Source of the DNA: a virus
Length of the DNA stretch: 64,000 nucleotides
Direction: 5' to 3' (one strand)
Virus record (IMG/VR): IMGVR_UViG_3300010399_000033
Span: 32,001 to 96,000 of that record
Each line of letters opens with the position of its first letter. Within the stretch, counting starts at the first letter, position 1. Below the pieces are notes generated by a model that searched no databases, was not told the DNA's origin, and saw only the letters and a list, made by a program, of their open reading frames with translations. Position numbers and translations under genes: made by a program. Of the stretch, positions 52,287 to 62,942 are shown one piece after another.

Positions 52287-53932
52287 TGGCTACCTTGGCG
52301 ATGGATGAGGGCATGGCTCGGATCTTCCGTCGACCGAATGACCAACTGGCATTTGATCGGAAGTCGGTTCGCACGATTGATGCTGATGGGCGCCTGCATG
52401 TCAGTGTAGCCAATATCAGCAAGGCTTGCGTCAACCCGTACATCGGACGTGAGATCCCCGGATGGAAGGAGCTTGGACTCGATTCGAGCAAGATCTATTA
52501 CCTGCTGCGCGATCCCAAAGAGCTGGAAAAGGGCGCAGCCACATTCAACAATCTGCCGCTGCTCGACGAGCATAAGCCAGTCACCGCCGACGATCATGAC
52601 AAGGAAAGGACTGTGGGGTCGACTGGCACTGATGCGGTCTTCAATTATCCGTATTTGCAGAACTCGTTGGTGGTGTGGACACGTGAGGCCATTCAGGGAG
52701 TCACGTCAAAGAAGCAGAGACAGCTATCGTCAGCATACCGCTACAAACCTGACATGACGCCGGGTGTGTGGGAGCCGACTGGTGAGCGTTACGACGGCGT
52801 CATGCGCGATATCATCGGAAATCACGTCTGCCTCGTGGAGGAAGGGCGTGCAGGAGCCGACGTTGTGGTCGGCGATAGTGCAGAGGAGCTAGCCAAGATG
52901 GCGAAGGCAAGCAAGAAGGCGACTGCGACGCGGCTGGGCCTCATGGCGTCGGCCACGATCGCGTACACGGCGCTGCCGTACACGCTCGCACAGGATGCGA
53001 AGCCGCTGACGGCCATGGATATCATGCCGTGCTTCAACGGCGTGACGGCGAAGAACTGGAAGGACAAGAAGCCCGAGGTGGCCAAGAAGCTGGCAGCGCT
53101 GCTCAAGCCGCGCTACAGCAATTACGCGCAGGACGAGGGCGCGACTCCGGACGACGTGACATTGAAGCTGCTCGACATGCTCGATGGCGGCCAGCCCGAT
53201 GCGATGGGTGAGTCGATCGACGAGTCGGTCAGTGAGCCGCAACACAATGCTATGGAAGCGGCGGCGGAAGGTCACTCGAACCTCGGAATTCCGCAGGAGA
53301 CCGGCAAGGAATTCGTCAAGAAGGACGCGGCCAAAGATGAAGGCGGTGTCGAAGCGGAAATCCTCAAGTTTCTGTCTGACAAGCTCACCCCCGAGGATTT
53401 GGAGCTGATCAAGGGGATGTTGGCGAAGGAGGACGAGGCCGAGGAAGCGGCCGGCGGTGAGGGTGAAGGTGACCCTGTCGTCAATGAAAACCCCGACGAG
53501 GAGAAGGCTCAGGACGAGCCGCCGCCGTTCAAGGGACGTCCCAATCCCGGCGGCGCGATGGACAATGAGGAGAAGGAGAAGGACATGGTCACGAAGACCG
53601 CGATGGATGCGGCTATCGAGGATGCGGTGAAGAAGGAGCGTGTTCGGCAGGGCAAGATCCGCGAGGCGTTCGATGCGGTCGCCCCGTATGTCGGCCGGCT
53701 GCAGATCGCGGCCGACTCCGCTGACGATGTGTACGGCGCTGCGCTCAAGAGCCTGGGCGAGGACATCAAGGACATCCCCCCGGCGGCGTTTCCGCATATT
53801 CTCAAGCATTACCCGCGTCTCGATGCCCGGCGCACCGGTACGCGTCAGATCGCGCAGGATAAGGCTGAGGGCGCGACCAAGTCTTACGGCGAGATGTTCC
53901 CGCAGGCGGGCCGCATCACGCGCGTGGGCTGA
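52283..53932 (+). CDS. DUF2213 prohead protease/scaffold-like protein
   Basis: [13 protein letters not shown]...[33 protein letters not shown]; acidic scaffold-like C-terminus. Confidence 0.88.
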   Translation: MMATLAMDEGMARIFRRPNDQLAFDRKSVRTIDADGRLHVSVANISKACVNPYIGREIPGWKELGLDSSKIYYLLRDPKELEKGAATFNNLPLLDEHKPVTADDHDKERTVGSTGTDAVFNYPYLQNSLVVWTREAIQGVTSKKQRQLSSAYRYKPDMTPGVWEPTGERYDGVMRDIIGNHVCLVEEGRAGADVVVGDSAEELAKMAKASKKATATRLGLMASATIAYTALPYTLAQDAKPLTAMDIMPCFNGVTAKNWKDKKPEVAKKLAALLKPRYSNYAQDEGATPDDVTLKLLDMLDGGQPDAMGESIDESVSEPQHNAMEAAAEGHSNLGIPQETGKEFVKKDAAKDEGGVEAEILKFLSDKLTPEDLELIKGMLAKEDEAEEAAGGEGEGDPVVNENPDEEKAQDEPPPFKGRPNPGGAMDNEEKEKDMVTKTAMDAAIEDAVKKERVRQGKIREAFDAVAPYVGRLQIAADSADDVYGAALKSLGEDIKDIPPAAFPHILKHYPRLDARRTGTRQIAQDKAEGATKSYGEMFPQAGRITRVG

Positions 53933-53982
53933 TCCGAACCTATCCCGAAAAAGCCGTTCCATCGAAGAAAGGACCCAAACTC

Positions 53983-55005
53983 ATGGAACTGATCCGAAAG
54001 GCGCTGCTCAGCAGCTCCGATCCTCGGGCGATGGCGTTGTACATGGCTGGCGGATTCCAGACCAGCGTGTCGACGCAGCCGGCCCCGGCTGTCGAAGGTG
54101 ACTTCGCCTCGAACAACCCGTATTTCACTGTGGATGCGGGCCCGGGCGCGTTGGTTGCCGGCGCTTCTGGTGTCACCATCGGCCGGTTTGCCTGGATTGT
54201 GCCCCCGCACGACCCGGACGGGACCGCGTCGATTGTCAACAGCTTCGGCACCGGTCCGGTGGCGGGGTTCGTTCACCGCGAGCAGCAGGGCTTGATCACG
54301 GCATTCCTCGACAATGCCGAGATGACGATCCCGAAGGGCTTCCCCGTGACGCTTCACAACGGCGGCGACTTCTGGGTCAAGAACAACGGTACGACCCAGG
54401 CCCTCCCCGGCCAGAAGGCCTACGCGAACTACTCCAATGGAGCCGTTACCTTCGCCGCGACGGGGTCGCTCACCAACGCTACCGTTACCGGCTCGATCGG
54501 CCCGCAGTCTGCCACCATCACCGGCTCGATCTCGGGCGACGTTCTCACCGTCACCGCGGTGGTGGGCGCGACGCTCGTCCCGGGAGCCGTCCTGTCCGGC
54601 ACCGGCGGTGGCGGTGTGGCGTCCGGAACCAAGATCACGTCGCAGATCTCGGGGACGGTTGGCGGTGTCGGCACCTACTACGTCGATCCCGGCAATCAGA
54701 CGGTTACGTCGACCTCGATCACCGCTGCTTACGGACTGCTCACCATCGCCTCGGTGTCCTCGGGCACTTTGGGTGTCGGTGACGTCCTGTCTGGCACCGG
54801 CGGCGGCGGCGTGACTTCCGGCACGTTCATCTCGGGCCTCGGCACCGGCTCGGGCGGCACTGGCACATACTACGTGTCGCCGTCGCAGACTGTGGCTGTC
54901 GGCACTGTGATCACTGCCGGACTCAACGTCGAGACCAAGTGGATCGCGATGTCCGCCGGTCTTGCTGGCGAGCTGGTCAAGATCTCGGATCACGCTAACG
55001 GCTAA
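53983..55005 (+). CDS. Capsid cement/decoration protein with two Gly/Thr-rich beta repeats
   Basis: [32 protein letters not shown]; duplicated [21 protein letters not shown]...GTYYV..QTV. Confidence 0.75.
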   Translation: MELIRKALLSSSDPRAMALYMAGGFQTSVSTQPAPAVEGDFASNNPYFTVDAGPGALVAGASGVTIGRFAWIVPPHDPDGTASIVNSFGTGPVAGFVHREQQGLITAFLDNAEMTIPKGFPVTLHNGGDFWVKNNGTTQALPGQKAYANYSNGAVTFAATGSLTNATVTGSIGPQSATITGSISGDVLTVTAVVGATLVPGAVLSGTGGGGVASGTKITSQISGTVGGVGTYYVDPGNQTVTSTSITAAYGLLTIASVSSGTLGVGDVLSGTGGGGVTSGTFISGLGTGSGGTGTYYVSPSQTVAVGTVITAGLNVETKWIAMSAGLAGELVKISDHANG

Positions 55006-55075
55006 AAGCCGCTAGCTTTCTCTCCCTTCAATTTCTCCAACCTCCCGGCTGGGCCGGAACAAAGGAGCGATCCAA

Positions 55076-56191
55076 ATGAACCTTCAGGAAGCCAGGGACC
55101 TGTGGGAGGCTCACCGGCCCCTTCACGAGAGCCGCGGTGCATACATGCGTGGCGTTCGGATGTATGTGCCCGACGAGTGGAAGCACAACTACGATCTCGC
55201 CTGTGACGCGATGCCTGAGTTGGCCATGGATGCGCAGGCGACGATGCAGACCGATGCGAACTCGGCTGTGCCGCTGATCCTCACCACCATGATCGACCCG
55301 TCGGTGTTCAAGGTGCTGTTCGCACCCAACAGGGCGGCCGAGATCTTCGGCGAGCAGCGCAAGGGGACATGGCTCGACGAGACCGCGATGTTCCCGCAGG
55401 TCGAGCACACCGGCGAGGTCTCCAGCTACGGAGACTTCAACAACAACGGCCGTGCTGGCGTCAACACCAACTGGCCCCAACGCCAGAGCTATCTGTTCCA
55501 GGTGATCAAGAAGTACGGCGAGCGTGAGCTTGAGCGCGCCGGACTCGCCCGCATCAACTGGGTCAGCGAGATCGACGAAGCTGCCGCGACCGTGATGAAC
55601 AAGTTCAGCAACTACACCTATTTCTTCGGGGTGTTGGGGCTGCAGAATTACGGTCTGTTGAATGACCCTGGTCTGTCGGCGGCACTCACTCCGGCAACCA
55701 AGGCGGCCACCGGCACTGCATGGCTCAATGCTGCCGGAATTCCTGTCGCCACCGCGAATGAAATCTATGCCGACATCCAGGCCATGTTTTGGCAGATGCA
55801 GGTACAGACCGCGGGCCTGGTCACCGCCGAAGACAAGATCGTCCTGGCGATGGCTCCGACCACCAGCGTGGCGCTGAAGACCACCAACAGCTTCAACGTC
55901 AACGTCTACGACTTGCTGAAGAAAAACTTCCCCAATATCCGCTTTGAGACGGCGGTGCAGTACGGGGCGCAGACGGCCGGCAATCCGCAGGGAGTTGCGG
56001 CCGGCAACATGGTGCAGATGTTCGTGGAGTCCATCGAAGGACAGGACACGGGCTACTGCGCCTTCAACGAGAAGGCACGCTCGCACCCGATCATCCGGCA
56101 AGTTTCCTCCTTCGAGCAGAAGCAGACGGCCGGAACGTGGGGAGCGATCATCCGTATGCCGTTCGCCCTGGTCCAGATGATCGGCGTTTGA
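55076..56191 (+). CDS. Major capsid protein (DUF2184-like)
   Basis: AMDAQ...E.TGEVSSYGD.NN.G, YFFGV.GLQNYGLLNDP.L, AGTWGAIIR.P. Confidence 0.9.
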   Translation: MNLQEARDLWEAHRPLHESRGAYMRGVRMYVPDEWKHNYDLACDAMPELAMDAQATMQTDANSAVPLILTTMIDPSVFKVLFAPNRAAEIFGEQRKGTWLDETAMFPQVEHTGEVSSYGDFNNNGRAGVNTNWPQRQSYLFQVIKKYGERELERAGLARINWVSEIDEAAATVMNKFSNYTYFFGVLGLQNYGLLNDPGLSAALTPATKAATGTAWLNAAGIPVATANEIYADIQAMFWQMQVQTAGLVTAEDKIVLAMAPTTSVALKTTNSFNVNVYDLLKKNFPNIRFETAVQYGAQTAGNPQGVAAGNMVQMFVESIEGQDTGYCAFNEKARSHPIIRQVSSFEQKQTAGTWGAIIRMPFALVQMIGV

Positions 56192-56207
56192 TCATCTGGA
56201 TTGACGC

Positions 56208-56253
56208 TCCCGCAGTGCGGGTAAGACCCGCCTGCGGGTGAAACCTTTTCTTT
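56208..56253 (+). terminator. Possible terminator/attenuator hairpin after the capsid gene
   Basis: CCCGCAG-GCGGGT...ACCCGC-CTGCGGG followed by CTTTTCTTT. Confidence 0.45.
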
Positions 56254-56268
56254 GGAGCAGTGACTACA

Positions 56269-56757
56269 ATGACTGAGCGAGTTCGTACCCGACTCAACGC
56301 GCCGTCCGGCACCGTGACCGTGGCCTGCAAGCTTCCGCACGGCTTTGTGCTCAAGGTTTATGACATGGTCGAGACCAATGAGGTCGCGCCGCAGGGCTAC
56401 AAAACTGTCAAGGTGGCGCAACAGCGTGGCGAGCCTATCACCATCAATGGATGGTGGTCGGATCACCAGAAGCAGCAGGCGCGGCGCCGCACCAAGACGC
56501 CGCCGATCGCGATGGAGGGTGGATACGCCCTTACGCACAATGTTCCCGAGGACGTCTGGAACAAGTGGCTGGAGGACAATAAGAGCAGCGACCTGGTCAA
56601 GAAGCGCCTTGTGTTCGCGGCGACCACGGCCGACCGTGTGGATGGTATGATCGACGACAATGCACAGACCATGAGCGGACTGGAGCCGATCGACCCCGAC
56701 AAGCCGCCGACTGACGTCCGCCGTGTCCAGCCCGCGAGCGAGGACGCTCGTCCGTAA
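56269..56757 (+). CDS. Head-associated hypothetical structural protein
   Basis: TVTVACKLPHG...GYALTHNVP...SGLEPIDP; lies between the MCP and the adaptor. Confidence 0.75.
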   Translation: MTERVRTRLNAPSGTVTVACKLPHGFVLKVYDMVETNEVAPQGYKTVKVAQQRGEPITINGWWSDHQKQQARRRTKTPPIAMEGGYALTHNVPEDVWNKWLEDNKSSDLVKKRLVFAATTADRVDGMIDDNAQTMSGLEPIDPDKPPTDVRRVQPASEDARP

Positions 56758-56775
56758 AAGGAAAGGGATGGTCCG

Positions 56776-57186
56776 ATGGCTGGCCCCGTCACATTCGACT
56801 TCACCGCGTGGACAACGCTCTATCCGGAGTTCGCGTCGGTGAGTCCTGTGCTCGCGCAAAGCTACTTCAACCGGGCGACGCTGTACTGCCGGAATGACGG
56901 CCGGCACCCAGCGTCGACCGACGCCATCCTGAGCGAGCTGCTCTACATGCTGACTTCGCACATCGCCAAGATGAGCGCGCCGGCTGGAGGGCAGGCGCCC
57001 ACGCTGACTGGACGTGTGTCCTCGGTCAGCGAGGGTTCGGTGTCGATCTCGACTGAGCTGCCGATGCAAGCAAATGCCGCGTGGTTCCAGCAGACGACAT
57101 ATGGCTTCAACTACTGGACTGCGACGGCGCAGTACCGCACCATGCACTATGTGCCGGGGATCCGCCGCGTATTCTTCCCTGGCTGA
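56776..57186 (+). CDS. DUF4054 head-tail adaptor
   Basis: YPEF...LLYMLTSH...GRVSSVSEGSVS...WFQQTTYG..YW. Confidence 0.85.
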   Translation: MAGPVTFDFTAWTTLYPEFASVSPVLAQSYFNRATLYCRNDGRHPASTDAILSELLYMLTSHIAKMSAPAGGQAPTLTGRVSSVSEGSVSISTELPMQANAAWFQQTTYGFNYWTATAQYRTMHYVPGIRRVFFPG

Positions 57187-57229
57187 TATATGATCCTGAC
57201 GTGAGAAGCAGGATTAACAAAGGAGCGTT

Positions 57230-58159
57230 TTGATGTGGGGACCCGACGATATCCCTCCGCAGCGCCCCGAACACGAGGGAATGCCGGTGACGTATAAAGC
57301 GGATGGAAACGGATTGGTGCATGAGGTTCCGGCTGCGAGGACTGCGGCGCATGGGCCGGGGGCCGCTACGTATAATAATCTCTACATCGGCGAGAAGGAA
57401 TCCGACCGACTGGTGCCTCGCGACGCGCCGCCCGTGCGGAATGTCGACGGTGTCTCGGTGGAGTTGCGCGGAACCGTGTTCGTTCCGGATCATAGGTCAG
57501 CTTCTGGAATGCGTCTGCGCGAAATGAGCACGCCGGTTACAGCGGAGGAGCTGGCTGACATTGTGGCGCATGACACGCTGAGCGGCGGCGAGCTGACCGA
57601 GGACGATCTGCTTCGGGGACTGGAGGATCTGTATCCACGTGTCGACGACCCGCTTCTGGAGGGGGCTATCGAGGCGCTGCGACAGGGCCCCATCCATATC
57701 GAGATGAAGCATGATGAGCGCCAGTGGCAGTGGCTGCCGACTTTGGCGGAGCTGGTCGACTGCATGGTGATCTGCCGACTGAAGGCGGTTTTCGTCGAGG
57801 GCAGCAAAGATGCCTATGAGCGCGAGATCGCCGACATCCGCCATGACATCGATCTGATCCTCGACCAGAAGTCCGGCAATGGCTTTGTGTTTGGCGCCGA
57901 GGCGATTCATGCGGCGGTGGTCATCACGTTGGCCAACCGCTACATCTGGGAGAATGAGGCGAAGGCGCGGGCCGGCGGCTCCGAGCAGGACCACCTGCTC
58001 AAGCTGACACACAGCATCAATGGCGTGCGCAATACCGCCAAGAATGTGCTGTCGAAGCTTGCTGGCGACCGTATCGACCTCAAGATCGACTGTTTCGCCG
58101 CCGACCTTGCGGCTGAGTTCGGCAACTGGAATATTTTTGGATCGACAGGGGCGGCCTGA
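57230..58159 (+). CDS. Hypothetical protein with helical C-terminal domain
   Basis: AAGGAG RBS; C-terminal LPTLAELVD...LTHSINGVRN.AKN domain. Confidence 0.65.
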   Translation: MMWGPDDIPPQRPEHEGMPVTYKADGNGLVHEVPAARTAAHGPGAATYNNLYIGEKESDRLVPRDAPPVRNVDGVSVELRGTVFVPDHRSASGMRLREMSTPVTAEELADIVAHDTLSGGELTEDDLLRGLEDLYPRVDDPLLEGAIEALRQGPIHIEMKHDERQWQWLPTLAELVDCMVICRLKAVFVEGSKDAYEREIADIRHDIDLILDQKSGNGFVFGAEAIHAAVVITLANRYIWENEAKARAGGSEQDHLLKLTHSINGVRNTAKNVLSKLAGDRIDLKIDCFAADLAAEFGNWNIFGSTGAA

Positions 58160-58238
58160 TTCTCCTTGGGCGGTTGAACGTTGGTGCGCCGCCTACGTTT
58201 CGGAAAAGCACCAACTTTTATTCGGAGCTAGAACCCGG

Positions 58239-58391
58239 ATGAGTGACCTGAACGATAAAGTCAATAAGCTGATCGACAAAGCGGTCTCCGCCTCCAAGTC
58301 GGAGGACGCTTTGCGGTTTTCTCAAGCGGCATTGAATGCGGCGCACACCAAGCACGCGCTTGACACGCTATATCCGCCGAAGCAAAGCTGA
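58239..58391 (+). CDS. Small hypothetical protein
   Basis: SEDALRFSQAALNAAH. Confidence 0.55.
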   Translation: MSDLNDKVNKLIDKAVSASKSEDALRFSQAALNAAHTKHALDTLYPPKQS

Positions 58392-58410
58392 AACAAAAGG
58401 AGTTGTTGGG

Positions 58411-58638
58411 ATGCCTGCAGCACAAGCCCTCGCCAATCGCGTTCAGAAGACGCTCGCTGTCGTCGCCGCCACGAGCGGCGCTCCCGTGGTCGCAACCCTG
58501 GACGCGATGGCCGTGAACGACCTCGTTCGCTTTGGCTATGCGACCCGCGTGTGGGATGGACGGCAGTACGTCGTCTATCCGACGGCTGCGGGGAATGCCG
58601 CGGCTGGTTTTGCAGGCATCCCACGCCCCGGGCGGTGA
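58411..58638 (+). CDS. Small hypothetical protein
   Basis: AAGGAG RBS. Confidence 0.55.
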   Translation: MPAAQALANRVQKTLAVVAATSGAPVVATLDAMAVNDLVRFGYATRVWDGRQYVVYPTAAGNAAAGFAGIPRPGR

Positions 58639-58714
58639 GTAGCTCACGCCATGCCGTCTATATGATGTAGATTGACGGCGGCAGGCGCCGCTACCATAGC
58701 GAAAGGGTAGGAAG

Positions 58715-59104
58715 ATGACGAAGAAGCGTTCCGGAGATCCGGTTGACGTCTACGTGGGCAAGCAGATCAGCATCGCCCGCAAGATGTCCGGCCTGTCCCA
58801 GACGGACCTGGGCGCCGCGCTGAGCGTCACGTTCCAGCAGATCCAGAAGTACGAGAAGGGATCGAACCGATGCGCACCGGGCCGCCTGGTCGTCGTGGCG
58901 CATAAGCTGGGTCAGCCGGTCACATTCTTCCTGCCCGAGGATATTCGGCAGATCGTGGCACAGCCCAATCTGCTGACCGACATGATGACGACGCATCATG
59001 GTTTCAACATCGCGCGCGACTTTGCGCGAGTGCCGGAGGCCAAGCGTGAGCCGTTGGCGCGGGCGTTCTCGACGATCGTCGACGCCATGTTGAGCGTGGC
59101 CTGA
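58715..59104 (+). CDS. XRE-family HTH regulator (alphaproteobacterial type)
   Basis: DPVDVYVGKQI...SQTDLGAALSVTFQQIQKYEKGSNR. Confidence 0.88.
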   Translation: MTKKRSGDPVDVYVGKQISIARKMSGLSQTDLGAALSVTFQQIQKYEKGSNRCAPGRLVVVAHKLGQPVTFFLPEDIRQIVAQPNLLTDMMTTHHGFNIARDFARVPEAKREPLARAFSTIVDAMLSVA

Positions 59105-59388
59105 TCTTCGGGACGAAGCTACCAAAAACCAGCAGCGGAGGTTGTCCAGATGAGTATGGCCTAATCCACATGCGATAAAAATGGTTGATGAGCTATAAAA
59201 AGTTGAGAACTTGTGAACGAAACTGGGGCTTATGCGTCACCTGCGTGTCGATCTTCAAAAACGCTAGCTTCCGGTCCGAATCCTGCGGCGTGACCGCGGG
59301 ACGGATTGAAGATAGGTCTGGGTTTTTGCTGATGAGTGGTGAGCGAGGCTGGGCGGCTACCCAGCCATAAAATTCAGGAACTTGATCA

Positions 59389-59688
59389 ATGAGCCATGCG
59401 GCGACCTCGATCCTCTCTCTGCCTGTGCATATGAGCGCGCATCTGATCCACAATGAGCACAAGATGAGCTACGGAACAGTAGCGGATTCGGTAGCGATGC
59501 AGGAGCATGGTTACGCAGACGACGCGTGGGTCAGTCCGGAGCAGCGCCAAAAGGCGATCGATAGCAACGAGTGCTGGTCGCTTCAGTGGTATCCCAAAAA
59601 CCCGGACGGGTTTCACATCCGATCGGCGGCCGATCTGGATGTGCTGCTGTCGGATGCGCTTATGTTGGAAATGCAGCAGAACACATGA
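59389..59688 (+). CDS. Hypothetical phage protein
   Basis: HNEHK.Y...WVS.EQRQKAI...WSLQWYP..P.GF. Confidence 0.65.
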   Translation: MSHAATSILSLPVHMSAHLIHNEHKMSYGTVADSVAMQEHGYADDAWVSPEQRQKAIDSNECWSLQWYPKNPDGFHIRSAADLDVLLSDALMLEMQQNT

Positions 59689-59890
59689 GCCACGTGATCC
59701 CAATACTCGAGCATGTGAAGCTCCATCTTGGGATGCCATGGTCAATGCTGCCAACAGCAGCGCAGAAACATTTCAAAGATCTGTGCACCGAGATTCATTT
59801 TTACGATGGGGGTCGCGTTGTGAAGAATCACGGTGAGTGGGGCCCTTGTGATCAGGGCCGATCCGATGAGGCCGTGGGGTTCCTGGGGAG

Positions 59891-60532
59891 ATGATCACCA
59901 ATCACACACCTGGGTCACTGAAGGCATTCGAGCAGCGGGTTGCCGAGGCGTTCAACGCCGGCAAGATCCGAGCGCCGGTGCATCTGTCCGGCGGCAATGA
60001 GCATGAGCTGATCGAGATTTTCAGACAGGTGCGGTCCGATGACTGGGTGTGCGGCGCGTGGCGCATGCATTATCAGTGCCTGCTCAAGGGCGTGCCCGAG
60101 GACAAGCTGTTCGATGACATCGTCGCCGGCAAGTCGATCGCGCTGTGCTATCCCGAGTATCGCGTGATCTCGTCGGCGATTGTCGGCGGCATTCTGCCGA
60201 TCGCTGTTGGCCTTGCTATGGCGATCGTTCGCAAGGCGCGCGAGGCGCCATTGCGTCAGGCGACCCCGTCGGTTTCACCCGAACCGCGCGAGCCTGTTGT
60301 GTGGGCCTTCTGCGGTGACATGACTGCTCGCACCGGGATCTACCATGAGTGCTTGCAGTATGCCGTCGGCCATTCGCTGCCGATCCGCTTCGTGACCGAG
60401 GACAATCGCAAATCGGTCTGTACCCCAACTGCGGATGTGTGGGGACATGGACACGCTTTCCCGCTGGAGTCCCGCTACCGCTATGAGCTTCCGTGGCCTC
60501 ATGCAGGAGCGGGAAAGCGTGTCCAGTTCTGA
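59891..60532 (+). CDS. TPP-dependent dehydrogenase E1 alpha-like subunit
   Basis: IRAPVHLSGGNE, SAIVGG, TPP motif GDM...EDN. Confidence 0.88.
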   Translation: MITNHTPGSLKAFEQRVAEAFNAGKIRAPVHLSGGNEHELIEIFRQVRSDDWVCGAWRMHYQCLLKGVPEDKLFDDIVAGKSIALCYPEYRVISSAIVGGILPIAVGLAMAIVRKAREAPLRQATPSVSPEPREPVVWAFCGDMTARTGIYHECLQYAVGHSLPIRFVTEDNRKSVCTPTADVWGHGHAFPLESRYRYELPWPHAGAGKRVQF

Positions 60533-60718
60533 CATCCATCCTCTGCTGCGTTCTCGGAAGTTTCATCCGCTACGCCTGATCTTGGTTGCCATGTGCTTGG
60601 CTTCTGGGGCGCTCGACGTGCTTTACCCACATCCAAGTATTGGTTTGCGAGACTCGCGTTCTCAGCTCTGGTATGTAGTTGACAGGACCCACAAGGGCCG
60701 ACCAATTGGACGTGAGGC

Positions 60719-61109
60719 GATGATGTCAACTGTTCATGTACTTCCATCCGCTGCAATGGAGCTGTTGCGCGCTCTGTTCTTTCATGGCCCGACGGCTGAT
60801 GGTGATCTCGTTTCCAAGCCCGCGCGCACCAGGATGGTCGAGATGGGCTATGTCGTGCGCGACAACGGATGGAACACGTTGACGCAAAGCGGGCTGGCGC
60901 TTTCTCTCAGCTTTGGCTACGACCGCGAAAAGGAGAAGTGGGACCGTGCTCGACGGGAACTTTCATACCGGCAGCACCGCGCATATTCCGCATTGGGCAC
61001 TGCGCTCTGCATGCTCCTGACGGACGGCGAGGCATCGGACTCGGTGCGTGCCATGGGCACCGAAACACTGGATAAGATCTTTCGGCATGAGAAGGCGTCC
61101 GGAGCATGA
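60719..61109 (+). CDS. Hypothetical protein inserted between the E1 subunits
   Basis: GAGG RBS; GPTADGDLVSK.AR; the ORF can be extended upstream. Confidence 0.55.
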
Positions 61110-61627
61110 GCGGCTATCTCTCCGAGCTGAAGCGCGCGATGCATGCGTGCGCGTGCTATCCTCGCTCTGTATTTATGGGGCAGGCGGTCGCATTCCCCGG
61201 CACCGCGATGTCGCAGACTTTTGAGGGCGTCGATTCCTCCCAGCTCATCGAGATGCCGGTGGCCGAGGACATGCAAATGGGCATGGCGATCGGCATGTCG
61301 CTTGCCGGCTACCTTCCGATCTGTGTCTACCCACGCTGGAACTTCCTTCTGCTCGCGACGAACCAGCTCGTCCTGCATCTGGACAAGCTGCCGGTGTATT
61401 CGGACTACTGCCCGAAGGTGATCATTCGGGTCGCGACCGCAACTCACGAGCCGATGGACCCAGGTCCGCAACATCTCGGTGATTACCACGGACAGTTCAA
61501 TAGGATGCTCAGGACTGTTGACGTTGTGCCGCTTCGCCACACCGATATGATCGAGCCGGCGTATGAGGCTGCGCTCGCCAGCCCGCGCTCGACAATCCTT
61601 GCTGAGTATGCGGAGCTTTACGCCTGA
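61106..61627 (+). CDS. TPP-dependent E1 beta/transketolase pyrimidine-binding domain (C-terminal domain absent)
   Basis: FMGQAV, IEMPVAEDMQMGMAIG, NQLV.HLDK, GPQH. Confidence 0.88.
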   Translation: MSGYLSELKRAMHACACYPRSVFMGQAVAFPGTAMSQTFEGVDSSQLIEMPVAEDMQMGMAIGMSLAGYLPICVYPRWNFLLLATNQLVLHLDKLPVYSDYCPKVIIRVATATHEPMDPGPQHLGDYHGQFNRMLRTVDVVPLRHTDMIEPAYEAALASPRSTILAEYAELYA

Positions 61628-61800
61628 TGGTTGCGATCGTTGACGATATCAAGGACATCAAGCGCCGGCTTCGCGGTGACGACTGGTGGACCGCTCGGAA
61701 GGATCAGGCGCTGCTGCAGCCGTCGAAGACGTATGCGCCGACAATCAAGCGGGACTACACGCCCTCGCCATATGACCTTGTTGATGGCGGCGCTGATTGA
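61627..61800 (+). CDS. 57-aa hypothetical protein
   Basis: Not in the ORF track. TGATG coupling; MVAIVDDIKDIKRRLRGDDWW... Confidence 0.5.
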   Translation: MVAIVDDIKDIKRRLRGDDWWTARKDQALLQPSKTYAPTIKRDYTPSPYDLVDGGAD

Positions 61801-61811
61801 AGGAGGCGTGT

Positions 61812-62942
61812 GTGAACTTTTATTATCCGACAGCTTTTCGGCGTTGGAATGACGACGAACTCTACGCGATTGAGCGCGTGCTCGTGTCCGGCAATCTCAC
61901 CATGGGTCAGGAGGTCAAAGCGTTTGAGGTTGAGTTCGCCGCGTATCACGGCCGGCGTCACGGCATCATGGTCAATTCCGGATCGTCAGCCAATCTGATC
62001 GCTGTTGCCGCGGCTTGTGCGGGTGGGTTCATGCATCGGGGAGATAGGATCGCGGTCCCTGCTGTGGCATGGTCTACGACGTATGCGCCACTGGTTCAGC
62101 ATGGGCTGGAGCTGGATGTCGTCGATATCGACAGCTCGTGGAATATGGATCCGTCCTTGCTTCGCATGGTGCGTGATCGTACCGGTGCCCGGCATGTGCT
62201 GATCTGTCCTGTGCTTGGCAATCCGATGAACATGGAGGAATATCCGCAAGCGATCATCGAGGACTGCTGTGAGTCGCTCGGGGCGGTGACGGCATCGGGA
62301 CGCAAGTGTGGAACGTTTGGCTTGATGTCGACATTCTCGTTCTTCCACTCGCACCAGATCAGCGCCGTTGAGGGCGGCATGATCCTGACTGACAGTGACG
62401 ATCTGGCCAACCTGTGCCGCATGCTGCGCGCGCATGGGTGGACGCGAGATACGGGTCGCCGTGAGGGGTTCGATTTCGAGTATGACTTCCGCGTCATGGG
62501 ATACAACGTGCGCCCGACAGAGATCTATGCGGCGGTGGCGCGTGAGCAGCTGAAGAAGCTTCCGGAGTTTGTCGATATGCGTCGCCGCAATCTCGAATGC
62601 TTCTGGGAGCTTGTGGCGCAGAAGAACGTGGCGGTTTTCGGGCCGGTTCATCCAGCCGGCAGTGTGCCGTCCCCCTTCGGCATCGCGTTTGACTTCGACT
62701 TCAGAGTCGATACCGATCGCGCCCGCGTTGTGGATGCCCTGCGTCAGCATGGGATTGATGCGCGTCCCCCGACAGGCGGATCGTTCCTGAAGCACTGTTA
62801 TGGAGAGCCGTATCGCGAGCGTTGTGCCACACCACAAGCGGATTGGCTGCACGATCACGCGTTGTTCATCGGCAATGCGCCATATGTCATTTCCGACAAG
62901 ATCGCGGTAGCGGTCGAGACTCTGGCGGAGGCTCTCAGCTGA
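61812..62942 (+). CDS. DegT/DnrJ-family PLP enzyme, ColD-like sugar 3-dehydratase (His in place of the Schiff-base Lys)
   Basis: MVNSGSSANL, IEDCCESLG, FSFFHSHQISAVEGG, RAHGWTR, GYNVRP. Confidence 0.85.
   Translation: MNFYYPTAFRRWNDDELYAIERVLVSGNLTMGQEVKAFEVEFAAYHGRRHGIMVNSGSSANLIAVAAACAGGFMHRGDRIAVPAVAWSTTYAPLVQHGLELDVVDIDSSWNMDPSLLRMVRDRTGARHVLICPVLGNPMNMEEYPQAIIEDCCESLGAVTASGRKCGTFGLMSTFSFFHSHQISAVEGGMILTDSDDLANLCRMLRAHGWTRDTGRREGFDFEYDFRVMGYNVRPTEIYAAVAREQLKKLPEFVDMRRRNLECFWELVAQKNVAVFGPVHPAGSVPSPFGIAFDFDFRVDTDRARVVDALRQHGIDARPPTGGSFLKHCYGEPYRERCATPQADWLHDHALFIGNAPYVISDKIAVAVETLAEALS

Noticed and set aside
41379-57147. Long minus-strand ORFs opposite the portal, DUF2213, cement and capsid genes
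   Set aside because: Antisense shadows caused by third-position GC bias of well-supported plus-strand structural genes.
37017-58667. TATATGAT at about 37017, 57187 and 58659 as a defined late-promoter consensus
   Set aside because: Only three short matches without a convincing shared upstream element; cannot be distinguished from ordinary -10 boxes without TSS data.
59891-61627. Pyruvate dehydrogenase auxiliary metabolic genes for central metabolism
   Set aside because: The subunits are short, no E2/E3 is visible, and the neighbours are nucleotide-sugar enzymes, which favours a sugar-branching role.
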